IMG/VR virus record: IMGVR_UViG_3300042566_000510
Coordinates: 13,492-77,491 of that record
Strand: one strand, 5' to 3'
DNA length: 64,000 nucleotides
Source of the DNA: a virus
The notes beneath the pieces were generated by a model. It saw nothing but the letters and a program-made list of their open reading frames with translations, was not told the origin of the DNA and ran no database searches. This document shows, piece by piece, positions 20,601 to 28,536 of the stretch. How positions within the stretch are numbered: position 1 is the first letter of the stretch; the number at the start of each line of letters is the position of its first letter. The position numbers and the translations under genes were made by a program.

Positions 20601-23418
20601 CACCCAAATTAAATCCGCCACAGGCAACAACGGCCAGTTCGACGCGACCAACCCAGACATCCGCAAGTCTGCCGACCGCCCTTGGTTCGACGACCTGAGT
20701 AAGCTTAAGGTCACAACCAACTACCAGCTCGGCGACTTGCTGAAGACCAGCAAGAAGCTGTCTTGGTGGGATCGCACCATCGGCACACAGTACAACCTGG
20801 CGCAGAAGCACCCGCAGTTCAAGCGCGTGTTCGACGCTGTGCAGCGCTTCATCAACGACGTGTCGCTCTACGCCACCCGTGCTGCCGACCTGGCGCCAAC
20901 CTGGCTGCCAAAACTGGATGGCATTTCGGACATCAACCCGTTCAGCAAGAATTTCAAGCGCCCAGTTTCCGCGGAGGACGTCAAGGCTTTGCGTGACCCC
21001 ATCTTTGGCGGCACGCTCAAGTACACCCGCGACGAAAACGGAGAGCTGATCGAGTCGGATGATGTGTCCACTGCAGGCGTGGTGTTCACCAACGAAGAGC
21101 TGCGCACAAACTTCGGCTTGAACGATCGCCAGATCGGCCTGTACCGCGAGTTCCGCAAGTCGGTCAACAAGAGCATTTCAGACTTGGCCGTATCGGATTC
21201 GCTGCGCTACCTCGGTAAAGATGGCGAAGGCGTGCGCCAGCGAGCGCTTGACGCCGCCAATCTGGATGACGCACTAAATGCCATGGTTGCTCACCTTGAT
21301 CAGTTGATCGCTCAGCAGCCGGAGCGCGCAGAGGTACTTGAAGATAGTAAGCGCGTCATCAAAGAGAAGGCGGGCCAGGCCATCGGCGCAATGTCACGCG
21401 GTTACGCACCTTTGTCTCGCTTTGGTGAGTACACGGTCTACGCTACCGGCGAAGGGCTCGAGGAACCCATCTTCTTCATGTTCGAGAATGAGCGCGATGC
21501 AAACGTGCGTGCTCGCGAATTACAACGCGAATTCCCAGACGCCAACATTGAGCAAGGAACGATGAGCCAAGAGAGCTACAAGCTCTTTAGCGGCGTGACG
21601 CCAGAATCGCTTGCCCTGTTTGGCGAGGCTCTTGGGCTCGAGGAGTCCGGCGCCGACACCAAGTCGCAGGCATTCCAGATGATGCTGAAGATGGCCAAGG
21701 GAAACCGGTCCGCCATGAAGCGCATGATTGAGCGTAAGGGTATTGAGGGCTTCAGCGAAGATGCTGGTCGCGTGCTGGCTGGCTTCGTGTACAGCAATGC
21801 GCGTCAGATCTCGACCAACCTGCATGCCGGAGAAATCGCACGCAGTGTCCAAGAAATCGATCAGCGAAATGGCGACGTTAAGGACCAAGCTGTCCGTTTG
21901 ATGGAATACGTGCAGAACCCACGCGAAGAGGCTCAAGCCTTACGCGGCCTGATGTTTACGCAGTTCATCGGTGGCTCTATCGCTTCGGCCATAGTCAACA
22001 TGACTCAGCCGTTCACCATGACCCTGCCTTACCTGAGTCAGTTCGACGGCGCCACCGGTGCCGCCTCTCGCATGGCCGACGCAGTGAAGCTGGCCTCTCG
22101 CGGCATTCGCAATGACGACGACCTCAAGGCTGCACTCAAGCGCGGAGAGGATCTCGGGATTGTTAGTCCGCAGGAAGTGCATCAGCTCATGGCTCAGGCT
22201 CAAGGCAAGGGCAAGCTGCAAACCGGCGACGGCACCAAGATGGGCGACGCTGCGGCCAAGGTGAACAACGGCCTAGCCAAGCTTGGTCTGGCGTGGGGCA
22301 AGGTGTTCTCGGCTGCCGAACAGTTCAACCGTCGCGTGACCTTCATCGCTGCCTACAAGCTGGCTCGCGACCAAGGCATGGCCGATCCAATGGCTTTCGC
22401 TGAGAAGGCCATCGCTGAGACGCAAGGCGTGTACAACAAAGGCAACAAGCCAAACTGGGCTCGCGGCGCAGTGGGCGGCACCTTGTTCACGTTCAAGCAG
22501 TATTCAATCGGCTACCTCGAGTTCTTGCGCCGCATGTGGGGTAACGGACCAGAGGGCAAGAAGGCCGTCGGCCTCGCGCTTGGCGTGTTGTTCCTCATGT
22601 CTGGCTTGGGCGGCATGCCTGGCTCCGACGATCTGGATGACGTCATCGACGGCTTCATGCAGCGCGTGCTCGGCCGTAGCTTTGACAGCAAGCAAGCGAA
22701 GAAAGAGTTCTTCGCCAGCATCCTGGGTCAATCCGGCGCTGAGTTTGTGATGAGCGGACTGTCTGGCTTGCCAGGCATGCCAATCGACTTCTCCGGTCGC
22801 ACGGGTCTAGGCAACATAGCTCCAGGCACTGGCATCTTCACCAAGAAGCGCGACTACGCCCAGGACTACAAAGAGGTGCTTGGCCCTGTCGGCACGCTGG
22901 CAACAAATGCAGGATCTTTCCTGGCAAACTTTGCGGCCGGCGAGTTCGGCAAGGCTGCGGAATCGGTTGCGCCGGTTGCTGCGCAGAACGTCATCAAGGC
23001 AATCGACATGGCGCAGATGGGCTTCTATCGCGATGCTAAGGGCCGCAAGGTCATTGACACAACGCTGAGCGAAGCCATCCTCAAGGGTGCAGGCTTCCAG
23101 CCACGTTCGGTCAGTCAGATCCAGCAAGCCACCGGCGAGCAGCAGGGTCTCATCGCGCAGAACCGTTTGGCATGGCAGGAGATCCGTGATCTCGCTGTTG
23201 CCGGTCGCGTCGAGAAGGATGAGGCCAAGCTTGCAGAGGCGCGCCGTCGCTTTGGCCAGTGGAATCGCAACAACCCTGACAGCCCAATCCGCTGGAATCA
23301 AGAGTCCATCAACAGCGGCGTCAAAGAAGCCAACAAGCCAAAGGCTGAGCGCATCGCTGATGCTGCGCCCAAGCAGATCCGCGGCACAGTCAAGCGAGAA
23401 CTTGAGAAGGCCGACTGA
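17656..23418 (+). CDS. Second polyvalent internal virion protein: ART-like cassettes, EEVQSD domain, C-terminal PLxRFG domain
   Basis: GYRA..IWVT..QYG; YREVLITLP..FVEEVQSDW..PNAPF; FKKWFGDSKVVDAEGKPLVVYHGT..QIKSATGNNG; GYAPLSRFG. Confidence 0.8.
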   Translation: MAQFSNCLQIVNNMPERDQEALLSRLDQLQAQGLSAKEAQLQAAIDVLAQVEREGQVRKSADRTWSGDGYRALNYNPPKNATVADVVRYESEELGNADIGEMADESANQLGIDLSAIPASDAIWVTHTVEQAMQYGERSDIDKYPVNGWLILADLGDEGALLLNPKHAQGILKSVDRPQFYSQLQRSIEQVPERLATMAAPAWKQWLTANASKLGIKADELEWSGIKDYLDLQGKAKLNKADLSSYLDDSGVKISEVQLDDADAKRSRADKEAAANKLTRATLELREATPNIRQLDGANLTGWAEDAYAGDEFAQRKIQALSLDDNAMAAVREYGRVAAEFNEVHNTRNSPATKYGQYTLPGGENYREVLITLPVTPKDGATIQQASSGFWRVTFKNGDTAMFKTESEARAAAGGSDAYTSSHWDQKNILAHIRVNDRVAQEPGFIVRNTRSGNRSEVFATREQAEDYQAKMPASLKTEIVEQPREVKVLFVEEVQSDWGQEGKKKGFAGQNGAPLSEQEYKRAAELQKRDRLGGEPLSATERAEFDALMARHTRAHEGLMVPNAPFVTKTEGWLNLALKRIAMMAVEGGYDKVAFVNGEQSADRYSLEKQVDELSYEPTAKGYYINVMASGRNIKSGDFTKSELEDIVGKEIVQKMDAREGKVEGTPGAPDYEDLKDIRTLSGDGLKVGGEGMKTFYDKLVPQALNKLLPKLGGEKLGAVEIDVQGTGLQTRYEYQGPELKRSEIDAIARSGDFSVSIERQLREIGSFVEVGVPMAEAVQKYGSISAAEALGGKLVPMKNAMSAQPGFDVTDKMRETVSAGVPLFSRDRQTETPEFKKWFGDSKVVDAEGKPLVVYHGTGGDFDSFDAARSGQNYARRGGEKGFFFTNRPIPAGVYAEQASGAFFGDEENPRFGDGTANIMPVYLSLQNPYVRKATGSPDKWFDSNHSALLAAAEKAGADGIIVNGGKGFEIRSVYIAFSPTQIKSATGNNGQFDATNPDIRKSADRPWFDDLSKLKVTTNYQLGDLLKTSKKLSWWDRTIGTQYNLAQKHPQFKRVFDAVQRFINDVSLYATRAADLAPTWLPKLDGISDINPFSKNFKRPVSAEDVKALRDPIFGGTLKYTRDENGELIESDDVSTAGVVFTNEELRTNFGLNDRQIGLYREFRKSVNKSISDLAVSDSLRYLGKDGEGVRQRALDAANLDDALNAMVAHLDQLIAQQPERAEVLEDSKRVIKEKAGQAIGAMSRGYAPLSRFGEYTVYATGEGLEEPIFFMFENERDANVRARELQREFPDANIEQGTMSQESYKLFSGVTPESLALFGEALGLEESGADTKSQAFQMMLKMAKGNRSAMKRMIERKGIEGFSEDAGRVLAGFVYSNARQISTNLHAGEIARSVQEIDQRNGDVKDQAVRLMEYVQNPREEAQALRGLMFTQFIGGSIASAIVNMTQPFTMTLPYLSQFDGATGAASRMADAVKLASRGIRNDDDLKAALKRGEDLGIVSPQEVHQLMAQAQGKGKLQTGDGTKMGDAAAKVNNGLAKLGLAWGKVFSAAEQFNRRVTFIAAYKLARDQGMADPMAFAEKAIAETQGVYNKGNKPNWARGAVGGTLFTFKQYSIGYLEFLRRMWGNGPEGKKAVGLALGVLFLMSGLGGMPGSDDLDDVIDGFMQRVLGRSFDSKQAKKEFFASILGQSGAEFVMSGLSGLPGMPIDFSGRTGLGNIAPGTGIFTKKRDYAQDYKEVLGPVGTLATNAGSFLANFAAGEFGKAAESVAPVAAQNVIKAIDMAQMGFYRDAKGRKVIDTTLSEAILKGAGFQPRSVSQIQQATGEQQGLIAQNRLAWQEIRDLAVAGRVEKDEAKLAEARRRFGQWNRNNPDSPIRWNQESINSGVKEANKPKAERIADAAPKQIRGTVKRELEKAD

Positions 23419-23446
23419 CCGACTCTCCTCTGCGTCGCATTGCCAC

Positions 23447-23475
23447 AGGCCCACCCTTCGGGGTGGGTCTTTTTT
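23447..23475 (+). terminator. Rho-independent terminator ending the late operon
   Basis: GGCCCACCC-ttcg-GGGTGGGTC followed by T6. Confidence 0.85.
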
Positions 23476-23549
23476 CATTGGCGTGGCGAAAAAACAACGG
23501 TTCCGCAAATCACCTCCGCACGCCGGTTCGGTTCTCATTAGCATCGGTG

Positions 23550-23666
23550 ATGCATATTCTTTCCGGCATTGCCATTCTTATCGGCCTACTCGCCATCGCG
23601 GCCACTCACACTCTTGCGGCGATCATTGTGTTCGGCCTGCTGTACCTACTCTGGCGGTCGTGCTAA
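23550..23666 (+). CDS. Small hydrophobic membrane peptide (38 aa)
   Basis: MHILSGIAILIGLLAIAATHTLAAIIVFGLLYLLWRSC; no clear RBS. Confidence 0.35.
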   Translation: MHILSGIAILIGLLAIAATHTLAAIIVFGLLYLLWRSC

Positions 23667-23679
23667 GCTATTGGACTGT

Positions 23680-23751
23680 GGTGCGGTGGCCGAATGGTAA
23701 GGCACCAGTCTGCAAAACTGCGTCTCGTGGGTTCGATTCCCTCCCGCACCT
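23680..23751 (+). tRNA. tRNA-Cys (GCA), no encoded CCA
   Basis: Acceptor GGTGCGG/CCGCACC; anticodon loop CTGCAAA; T loop TTCGATT; U73 discriminator; one mismatch each in the anticodon and T stems. Confidence 0.85.
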
Positions 23752-23755
23752 ATCC

Positions 23756-24286
23756 TCACACCGTGCATCCCTCGTGCAGCTCGCGCTTGGCCTTGATGTA
23801 TGCCAGGTGCGCAAGCTCGGGCGTGTCATGCATGCCAAGGAAGCGCCGCTTCCCCTTCACAAAAATCCTCGCCATGTAGCGACCGGATGGGTCTGGCGTC
23901 ACGCCCATCAGTCCTGAAGTGTTGTTGCGATATGCTGAGCGTTTATTCTCCGAGTTCACGCGCGGCGTTACGTCTCGCAAGTTCGACATTCGATTGTCGG
24001 TCTTCACCCCATTGATGTGGTCAATCTGCCCGGCCGGAAATTCTCCGTACACGTACAGCCATGCAACGCGATGAGCGGTCAGTTGATGTCCCCTCGCCCA
24101 GATCTTAAGGTAGCCGGCACTAGCCTTTTTCTCCGCCCTGGCTCCCGCCTTGTGCGGCCGCTCTCCCCACCCATCGGTGCGCCAGCGAAACTCGCCGGTC
24201 TCTGGGTCGTAGATGAGGATTGACCGAACCCACTCTGCTGTGACGGGCGGTTTTGTGAGGTGAGTGTGTAAGTTCTTGGTTTTCAT
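23756..24286 (-). CDS. HNH homing endonuclease with AP2-like C-terminus
   Basis: YDPETGEFRW..AHRVAWLY..IDHINGVKTDNRMSNLR..LGMHDTPELAHLAY. Confidence 0.9.
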   Translation of the reverse strand: MKTKNLHTHLTKPPVTAEWVRSILIYDPETGEFRWRTDGWGERPHKAGARAEKKASAGYLKIWARGHQLTAHRVAWLYVYGEFPAGQIDHINGVKTDNRMSNLRDVTPRVNSENKRSAYRNNTSGLMGVTPDPSGRYMARIFVKGKRRFLGMHDTPELAHLAYIKAKRELHEGCTV

Positions 24287-24294
24287 AGCGTAGT

Positions 24295-24312
24295 ACGGCC
24301 TGCAAAGCCGTT
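24295..24312 (+). other. Putative attP core equal to a tRNA-Cys anticodon arm
   Basis: ACGGC-CTGCAAA-GCCGT isolated anticodon stem-loop in the intergenic region upstream of the integrase. Confidence 0.6.
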
Positions 24313-24410
24313 GAAGTTTTCAGCCAGTATAACTCAATCCCTGCAAATTCAAAGACTTATTTACGCGAGTCCGACCTCGCACGCCTCGCTCAGCCCTCAT
24401 TCCGGCTTAA

Positions 24411-24500
24411 AAACCACACGTTTTTGTGGTTGAACCACACGTAAACTTCCTTTCTTTCCGCTGACGGCGTAAGCTAAACCACACCTCACCACAACCACAG
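24411..24500. repeat. AACCACAC repeats (putative integrase arm-type or Xis sites)
   Basis: AACCACAC at 24412, 24433, 24477; AACCACAG at 24493; inverted TGTGGTT at 24425. Confidence 0.65.
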
Positions 24501-24509
24501 AGGGTGGCC

Positions 24510-25649
24510 ATGGGCGTCCGTCAGACCCCGAGCGGGAAGTTCGAGCTGCGCATCACGCACCGTCTGTTGCCGAAGGCGGTGTACCTCACCTTCAACAACG
24601 AAGACGCTGCCAACGCGTACGGCGCGCAAGCACGCGAGCTCCTCGACTCTGGTGTTGTGCCGGCCGGACTGGTCGATGAGAAGAAGGTGCCAACGCAAAC
24701 GCTGCACTCAGTGATCCGCGCATGGCAGGCGCACGGTCAACTCTCCACGGCTGATGACGAGATCCTCGACGTGCTGACGGGAGAGATCGGCAAGACCAAG
24801 CTGTCCGAGTTCACGTACGCCTGGTGCGAGCAATGGGTGCGCGATATGAAGCTCAAGGCCAACCTGGCGCCCGGCACCATCCGTAAGCGCATCGGCGCCC
24901 TCGCCCGCTGCGTTGACTGGGAACTCAGGAAGACGCCGGACCTGCTGGTCGGCAACCCCTTGCGCTCACTTCCGCGCGGATCAGCCACCTACAGCGCCAA
25001 GGATGCAGCGGAAGCGAAGAAGCTGGGCAAGAAGGTGCGGCAGGACGCAGTGCGTGATCGGCGCCTGCACAGTGGCGAGCATGAGCGAATCATGAAAGCG
25101 CTGGCCGGCGAAAAGCGAGAGGACCGTCAGCGGCCGCTCGAGCCCGATGAAGACCTGCGCGACCTGTACCTACTGATCTTGCATACAGGTATTCGACTGC
25201 GCGAGGCGTACACCATTAAGCGTGAACAGGCCGGCGAACGCGTGCTGCGCATCAGCAGCTCGAAACAGTGGCACGGGCGGGAAGCCTGGCGCGATGTGCC
25301 CATGGTCAAAGAGATCCGTCAGATGATGGCCCGTCGTGCCGCTAAATCAAAGCCAGGAGCGCTTGTTTTCCCTTGGTGGGACGGAGACCCCCAAGAGCTC
25401 GACAAGGTCACCACGCGGCTCTCTCGTCGCTTTGGCTTGCTGTTCAACTACGCAGGTTGCGTAGACTTGACTGAGCACGACTTGCGTCACGAGGCGACGT
25501 GCCGTTGGTTTGAGATGCGCGACAAGAGGGGTGGCTGGCTTTTCCGCGAAGCTGAGATCGAGAAGATCATGGGCTGGGCGCCGGACAGCTCAATGGCCAA
25601 GCGCTACGCATCATTCCGAGCTGAAGACCTAGCCGAGCGTCTTGACTGA
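24510..25649 (+). CDS. int: Tyrosine recombinase (integrase)
   Basis: HTGIRLRE, HDLRHEA, IMGW..MAKRY catalytic motifs. Confidence 0.93.
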   Translation: MGVRQTPSGKFELRITHRLLPKAVYLTFNNEDAANAYGAQARELLDSGVVPAGLVDEKKVPTQTLHSVIRAWQAHGQLSTADDEILDVLTGEIGKTKLSEFTYAWCEQWVRDMKLKANLAPGTIRKRIGALARCVDWELRKTPDLLVGNPLRSLPRGSATYSAKDAAEAKKLGKKVRQDAVRDRRLHSGEHERIMKALAGEKREDRQRPLEPDEDLRDLYLLILHTGIRLREAYTIKREQAGERVLRISSSKQWHGREAWRDVPMVKEIRQMMARRAAKSKPGALVFPWWDGDPQELDKVTTRLSRRFGLLFNYAGCVDLTEHDLRHEATCRWFEMRDKRGGWLFREAEIEKIMGWAPDSSMAKRYASFRAEDLAERLD

Positions 25650-25877
25650 CGGGAGGGCTGGAGGTGTGCGCCGCTTGCTCATGATCCGCTTGGGCTCGCG
25701 TCGGTCACGCGCCTCCTCGAGCGCCTTCTGATTCAGGCGATCACGCAGCGCATCGGCCGGAATGATCCAACTCCGGCCAAATTTCACACCCGGCAGGTCG
25801 CCATTGTTCAGGCGCTCTGCCACGATCTCTTCCGTGCAGCCGAGCATCTCGGCCACCTGGGTGACGTTGTAGATCAT
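25629..25877 (-). CDS. xis: Excisionase-like HTH protein
   Basis: YNVTQVAEMLG..LPGVKFGRSWIIP; convergent with int. Confidence 0.75.
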   Translation of the reverse strand: MIYNVTQVAEMLGCTEEIVAERLNNGDLPGVKFGRSWIIPADALRDRLNQKALEEARDRREPKRIMSKRRTPPALPSVKTLG

Positions 25878-26527
25878 ATCCATTCGCTGCCAGTCCACCG
25901 CTCATCAAATTTGTTTCTTTTGCGGCAGTTGAATACCGCCGGAATGACTGAAAGGTTGCTCCAAATGTGAAGGCCGCACACCTCTTTTCCTGCAAGCGGA
26001 GCAATGTGGTCGACATCCCACTGAAATCCGAACATCAGAGATCTGGCCTTAGCAAGGCGAGATGCCTCCGCTTCCACAAGCCGAGTGAACTCATCGCGCC
26101 ATGGCTTTGCCGCGGAACGCCGTTGCGCCCTATCTCTTCTTCTTGCGGCGGCAATAATGTCTCCATTTGACCGTTTGTACTCGCGATTTCTTTGTCGCGC
26201 AAAATCCCGGTTTTTGTAGTACCACTTGAGTGCGTTCTCTTGCCTCCTTGCGAGTCTTTCTTCCTTTGGTGCAGGTATCCGCGGCTGACGTGGGTTGATT
26301 GGTTTTCCAGCGGCCACCAATACTGCCTCGTATCTCAATCTGCGGCGCGCCGACTCCTCTGCTTTTTGCCCCTGCGTGGCCGACTGCCTAGCAACTGCAT
26401 CGCAGCTTTTGCAGCGGCGGCTTTGGCGGCCATGTCCTTTTGACGCAAATTGGAAAAGAGGTTTCTGCTTGTGACACACTGAGCAGGCTTTTGTGTCGCA
26501 TCCGTCGATATTGGATTCAAAATTCAT
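25874..26527 (-). CDS. HNH endonuclease with N-terminal zinc finger
   Basis: CSVC..CKSC; DVDHIAPLAGKEVCGLHIWSNL..NCRKRN. Confidence 0.85.
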   Translation of the reverse strand: MNFESNIDGCDTKACSVCHKQKPLFQFASKGHGRQSRRCKSCDAVARQSATQGQKAEESARRRLRYEAVLVAAGKPINPRQPRIPAPKEERLARRQENALKWYYKNRDFARQRNREYKRSNGDIIAAARRRDRAQRRSAAKPWRDEFTRLVEAEASRLAKARSLMFGFQWDVDHIAPLAGKEVCGLHIWSNLSVIPAVFNCRKRNKFDERWTGSEWI

Positions 26528-26760
26528 TTTGGCTCTTCAATGCGTAGGATCAGGCTGCGGTCCTCCTCGCGCACTCCATAGCCGGGGAATGTTTCCTGGT
26601 GCCGCGTCCAGCCTCCGGCGCAGTCGTAGAAGGCGCCAACCTTGATGCTGACGGCTAGGCTCTTCTTCTGAAAGCTCGCAAGCGCATTCTTCTCGAAGTC
26701 ACACTCCGGCGTCAGCACGAGCTGCACAACGCCGTCCTCAATGTAGATAGCCGTCTTCAT
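26524..26760 (-). CDS. Hypothetical protein
   Basis: Translationally coupled ORF in the early operon. Confidence 0.65.
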   Translation of the reverse strand: MKTAIYIEDGVVQLVLTPECDFEKNALASFQKKSLAVSIKVGAFYDCAGGWTRHQETFPGYGVREEDRSLILRIEEPK

Positions 26761-27125
26761 TTGCCTCCCAAATCTGTCTTCATCGCCGCCATAACTGCGT
26801 TCCGGCGGCGTGCGTGCATGGAGTCGCTCATCTTTAGCGCCTCATCAAGCTCAGGCTCTGGAAGTTCACCGGTCACCTTTGCTGTCATGCTAGAGATGAT
26901 CATAATTACGGTCTCCGTCATTGATCGATATTTATCCGTGTTCTTGGGATCGAGATGGATCAGCGACGAGAGCATTACGCCGACTAAGTCGCTCAGCTCC
27001 AACGCTTCAAACTGATGTGCCACAACATTGGCAAACGCCTTGCCTTTGACGGCAGACGTCGACTTCATCATCTCGTTGAGATCTTGGGTTAGATCCCTTG
27101 CCATTTTTTTGATTTCATCATTCAT
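26757..27125 (-). CDS. Hypothetical protein
   Basis: Coupled ORF, helical. Confidence 0.65.
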   Translation of the reverse strand: MNDEIKKMARDLTQDLNEMMKSTSAVKGKAFANVVAHQFEALELSDLVGVMLSSLIHLDPKNTDKYRSMTETVIMIISSMTAKVTGELPEPELDEALKMSDSMHARRRNAVMAAMKTDLGGK

Positions 27126-27336
27126 TACCGGACTCGCTTTCCTTCAAGATCCCGCTCAGCATCAGCCACCCGAGTAGCAGCGCCACGAGCGTGTTGATCA
27201 CAGGGCTGATCACAAACGCAGCGCACACGGCAACATCGCCATACCCAATGTATCGCTCGCGGCGCAAGCCCTCGTAGAGGACGTGCGCAACGAAGATCAT
27301 TGACACCAAGTAAATTGCAACAGCTACCCAGAACAT
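27118..27336 (-). CDS. Small membrane protein
   Basis: Two hydrophobic segments; PVINTL motif. Confidence 0.6.
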   Translation of the reverse strand: MFWVAVAIYLVSMIFVAHVLYEGLRRERYIGYGDVAVCAAFVISPVINTLVALLLGWLMLSGILKESESGNE

Positions 27337-27575
27337 CAGTACGCCTTCACCATCTTGAACTTAGGGATGATGCTCTTGGACATGTGCGACCCGAATGACG
27401 GCGCGCTCAGGAGCTCCGTTAGATGGCTCGGCTGCACGCCGGCGTACTCGTAGGTCTTGCCGGTCTTGAAGCGAATGTGCAGCGACTTGGTGTTGGTGTC
27501 GTAGTGATAGCTCTCGACGTTGCTTGACTTGACCGGCTTAAACGCCGGAGCCTTTGTTGTGTGTTTTGTTGTCAT
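27336..27575 (-). CDS. KTSC domain protein
   Basis: PVKSSNVESYHYD..LHIRFKTGKTYEYAGV..APSFGSH. Confidence 0.85.
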   Translation of the reverse strand: MTTKHTTKAPAFKPVKSSNVESYHYDTNTKSLHIRFKTGKTYEYAGVQPSHLTELLSAPSFGSHMSKSIIPKFKMVKAY

Positions 27576-27578
27576 GAT

Positions 27579-27743
27579 TTACTTCTTTCCCATTTGAAAT
27601 CCACGCCAGCATGTAAAGCATCGCCATTTGCCGGGACTCATCTCAACCCCGTTTGATGGCTCCTTCTTGTCGCCGCACCGCGAGCACTCCTTGAGCGCTC
27701 GCGTGTTCTTGGCAGTGCCTGGCAGAACGATCGGTGTATTCAT
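27579..27743 (-). CDS. Small zinc-finger protein (54 aa, not in ORF track)
   Basis: MNTPIV..CSRC..WRCFTCW; fills the gap between coupled genes. Confidence 0.55.
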   Translation of the reverse strand: MNTPIVLPGTAKNTRALKECSRCGDKKEPSNGVEMSPGKWRCFTCWRGFQMGKK

Positions 27744-28204
27744 CAGACGCAGTCGCCCAGGTATGGGGCAACCCAGCCTGGTGGCTTTCCAATCTTCTTG
27801 CCGTCAATCAGCACAGGCTTTCCGTCCACCAGCTTGGCATCGTTTGAGAACAGAACACGTCGGTCTGCTTCGTCCTTGTCAAACCTGGCCATGTAGGCGA
27901 CGCCGTTGCCGGTGACTTCGCCATCGCACAGCGCGTCCAAGAGCTTCACGCGGTCCTTGATGCGGATGCCAGTGGAGCCTTGCTTGAGGCGATGGGCCAG
28001 TCCCTTGAGGCGCGTGGAGCACAGCTCGAGCTGGTCGTTGTCTGATGGAGATCCTGCGATGATGATCTCGTCGAGCTGCTCGCACAACTCCTCAAGGTGG
28101 CAGCCGAACTGCACGGACAGGTTGGTTTCATTCTGCACCTTGCCGCAGGCTTCGAGCCAGCCGGCAGTGCGTTGGTAATTTGTCTTGTCGGATTTCAGGG
28201 TCAT
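27743..28204 (-). CDS. MazG-like nucleotide pyrophosphohydrolase
   Basis: HLEELCE..LLDALCD..VLFSNDAKLVDGKP..KIGKPPGWVAP. Confidence 0.75.
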   Translation of the reverse strand: MTLKSDKTNYQRTAGWLEACGKVQNETNLSVQFGCHLEELCEQLDEIIIAGSPSDNDQLELCSTRLKGLAHRLKQGSTGIRIKDRVKLLDALCDGEVTGNGVAYMARFDKDEADRRVLFSNDAKLVDGKPVLIDGKKIGKPPGWVAPYLGDCV

Positions 28205-28536
28205 TTTTGTGTAGCGAGCGCCAAGCGCTCGGCGATGTTGTGAATGGTGGAATTGAAGTACCTGCGCACGGCGTACTGACGAATCATTGAAGCGGCCGTG
28301 TAAACCCAGCCTCCCCAGAAATTCGCCTCGGCCGTAACCGTGGCGCCATTGGTCATCAAGGGGAACATCACCACGTTTATCAGCATGTTGATGCTGAACC
28401 CGATAACGATGTTCACCCACGCCTCGATGATTGCGCCGCGTGGAGTTTGCCCTGACCCTGTATTGTCCGCGTAAGTCATGGCCGTAAAGCCAACGACGAA
28501 CGCAAACGAGACAAAGCCAAGGGCGGTAAGCGTCAT
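28201..28536 (-). CDS. Phage membrane protein
   Basis: QT..IIEAWVNIVIGFSIN..SMIRQYAVRRYFN. Confidence 0.65.
   Translation of the reverse strand: MTLTALGFVSFAFVVGFTAMTYADNTGSGQTPRGAIIEAWVNIVIGFSINMLINVVMFPLMTNGATVTAEANFWGGWVYTAASMIRQYAVRRYFNSTIHNIAERLALATQK

Noticed and set aside
23400-25700. Prophage boundary (attL/attR) with host DNA
   Set aside because: Phage genes continue on both sides of int, consistent with an intact attP
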